Part shown: positions 63,199 to 64,000 of the stretch, in pieces | Position numbering within the stretch: the first letter of the stretch is position 1 | Layout: each line of letters begins with the position of its first letter | Assembly (NCBI GenBank): GCA_013239625.1 | Contig: MU053594.1 | Location: forward strand, 460,355-524,354 | Reading direction: 5' to 3' | DNA length: 64,000 nt | From: Lama guanicoe | Lineage: Eukaryota | Notes under the pieces: model-generated | Told to the model about the DNA's origin: nothing | Databases searched by the model: none | The model's input: only the letters and a program-made list of their open reading frames with translations | Made by a program: the position numbers and the translations under genes

Positions 63199-63636
63199 TT
63201 TAGTGGGTTGAATGGTGGCCCCCAACAGATACGTCTATGTTCTAACCCCTGAACACGTGAATTTGACCTTAGTTGAAAAAATGGTCTTTGAAGACATGAT
63301 TAAGTTCAGGATCTTGAGATAAGGTCATCCTGGACTTAAAGGGCCCTAAATCCAATGACAAGTGTCCTTATGAGAGAAAGGAGAGGGAGGCTTGAGACAC
63401 ACACACATATGAGAAGGCCATGTGAAGACGGGGCAAAGACCGTCATGATGCTGCCGTTAGCCAGGGCCACCTGGAGCCATCAGATGCTGAAGGGTCAAGG
63501 AAGGATTCTCCCCTAGAGGGGTCATGGCCCTGCTGACAGTTTGATTTCAGACAACTGGCCTCCAGACTTGTCAAAGAATAAATTTCTGTTGTCATAAACC
63601 ACAAGTTCTTTACAGCAGTCCTAGGAAGTTAATACT
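63199..63636 (+). mobile_element. MLT1C-like MaLR LTR
   Basis: tagtgggttgaatggtggccccc...ggcctccagacttgtcaaagaataaatttctgttg...ctaggaagttaatac. Confidence 0.88.
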
Positions 63637-64000
63637 GGTGTTGTGGGGGGGGCCTTTTGATTTCTCTGTTTCATCTGAAGCCTTAACTTTCTGTTACCTG
63701 TGGACTTCAGCACCACTGAGTCTAAATCAGACCATCTCTGACTCTAAATCTACGAATCTAAATATATATATACATATTTATAATCACATGCAGCATATAG
63801 TAAGGGCTCATTAAATGTACCCTACCCTGATTTCCCCTTTGAAAATGTCAAATTAGTGGGGTCACCAAGTAATTTATTGCTCAAACGGAACCATTTTAAG
63901 AATGAAAGGGAGGCGGTTGATAATTACACCAGGAACAGGCTCCCCATGAAAACTGGCCACCCCGTGGGAGGACCCTCAGTTTACACATCAGGGTATGGAT

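Noticed and set aside
63706..63722. REST/RE1 half site TTCAGCACC (other halves GGACAG at ~6694 and ~32047)
   Set aside because: Only isolated half sites; no complete RE1.
26730..64000. DRD2 or other coding exons downstream
   Set aside because: No GPCR-like or otherwise recognisable peptides and no CpG-island promoter.

Overview
Mammalian genomic DNA, very probably camelid (it contains a Vic-1-type tRNA-derived SINE). The only protein-coding gene I can support is an intact TMPRSS5 (spinesin, type II transmembrane serine protease) on the + strand: 13 coding exons from ATG 13990 to TAG 26039, 1395 nt, 464 aa, with a TM helix, SRCR domain, R|IVGG activation site, H-D-S triad and an ATTAAA poly(A) signal at 26700. 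The rest is intergenic sequence full of L1, L2, CR1/L3, MIR, MaLR/ERVL/ERV1 LTRs and hAT remnants. By human synteny (from memory) ZW10 lies upstream and DRD2 far downstream; I found no exons of either. Apart from ORFs overlapping TMPRSS5 exons or decayed L1, the ORF track looks like noise. I found no convincing new multi-gene system. The most interesting signals are local: an apparent L1 3' transduction inside an MLT2 LTR, two different solo LTRs stacked on one 4-bp target site, a ~47-bp poly(A)-tailed retro-insertion inside the SINE, a GC-AG intron, a tandem acceptor that could swap the 4-aa C-terminus for a 95-aa tail, and a 29-bp exact repeat bracketing exons 2-3. Repeat family names and human/mouse comparisons are from recall, not from a search.
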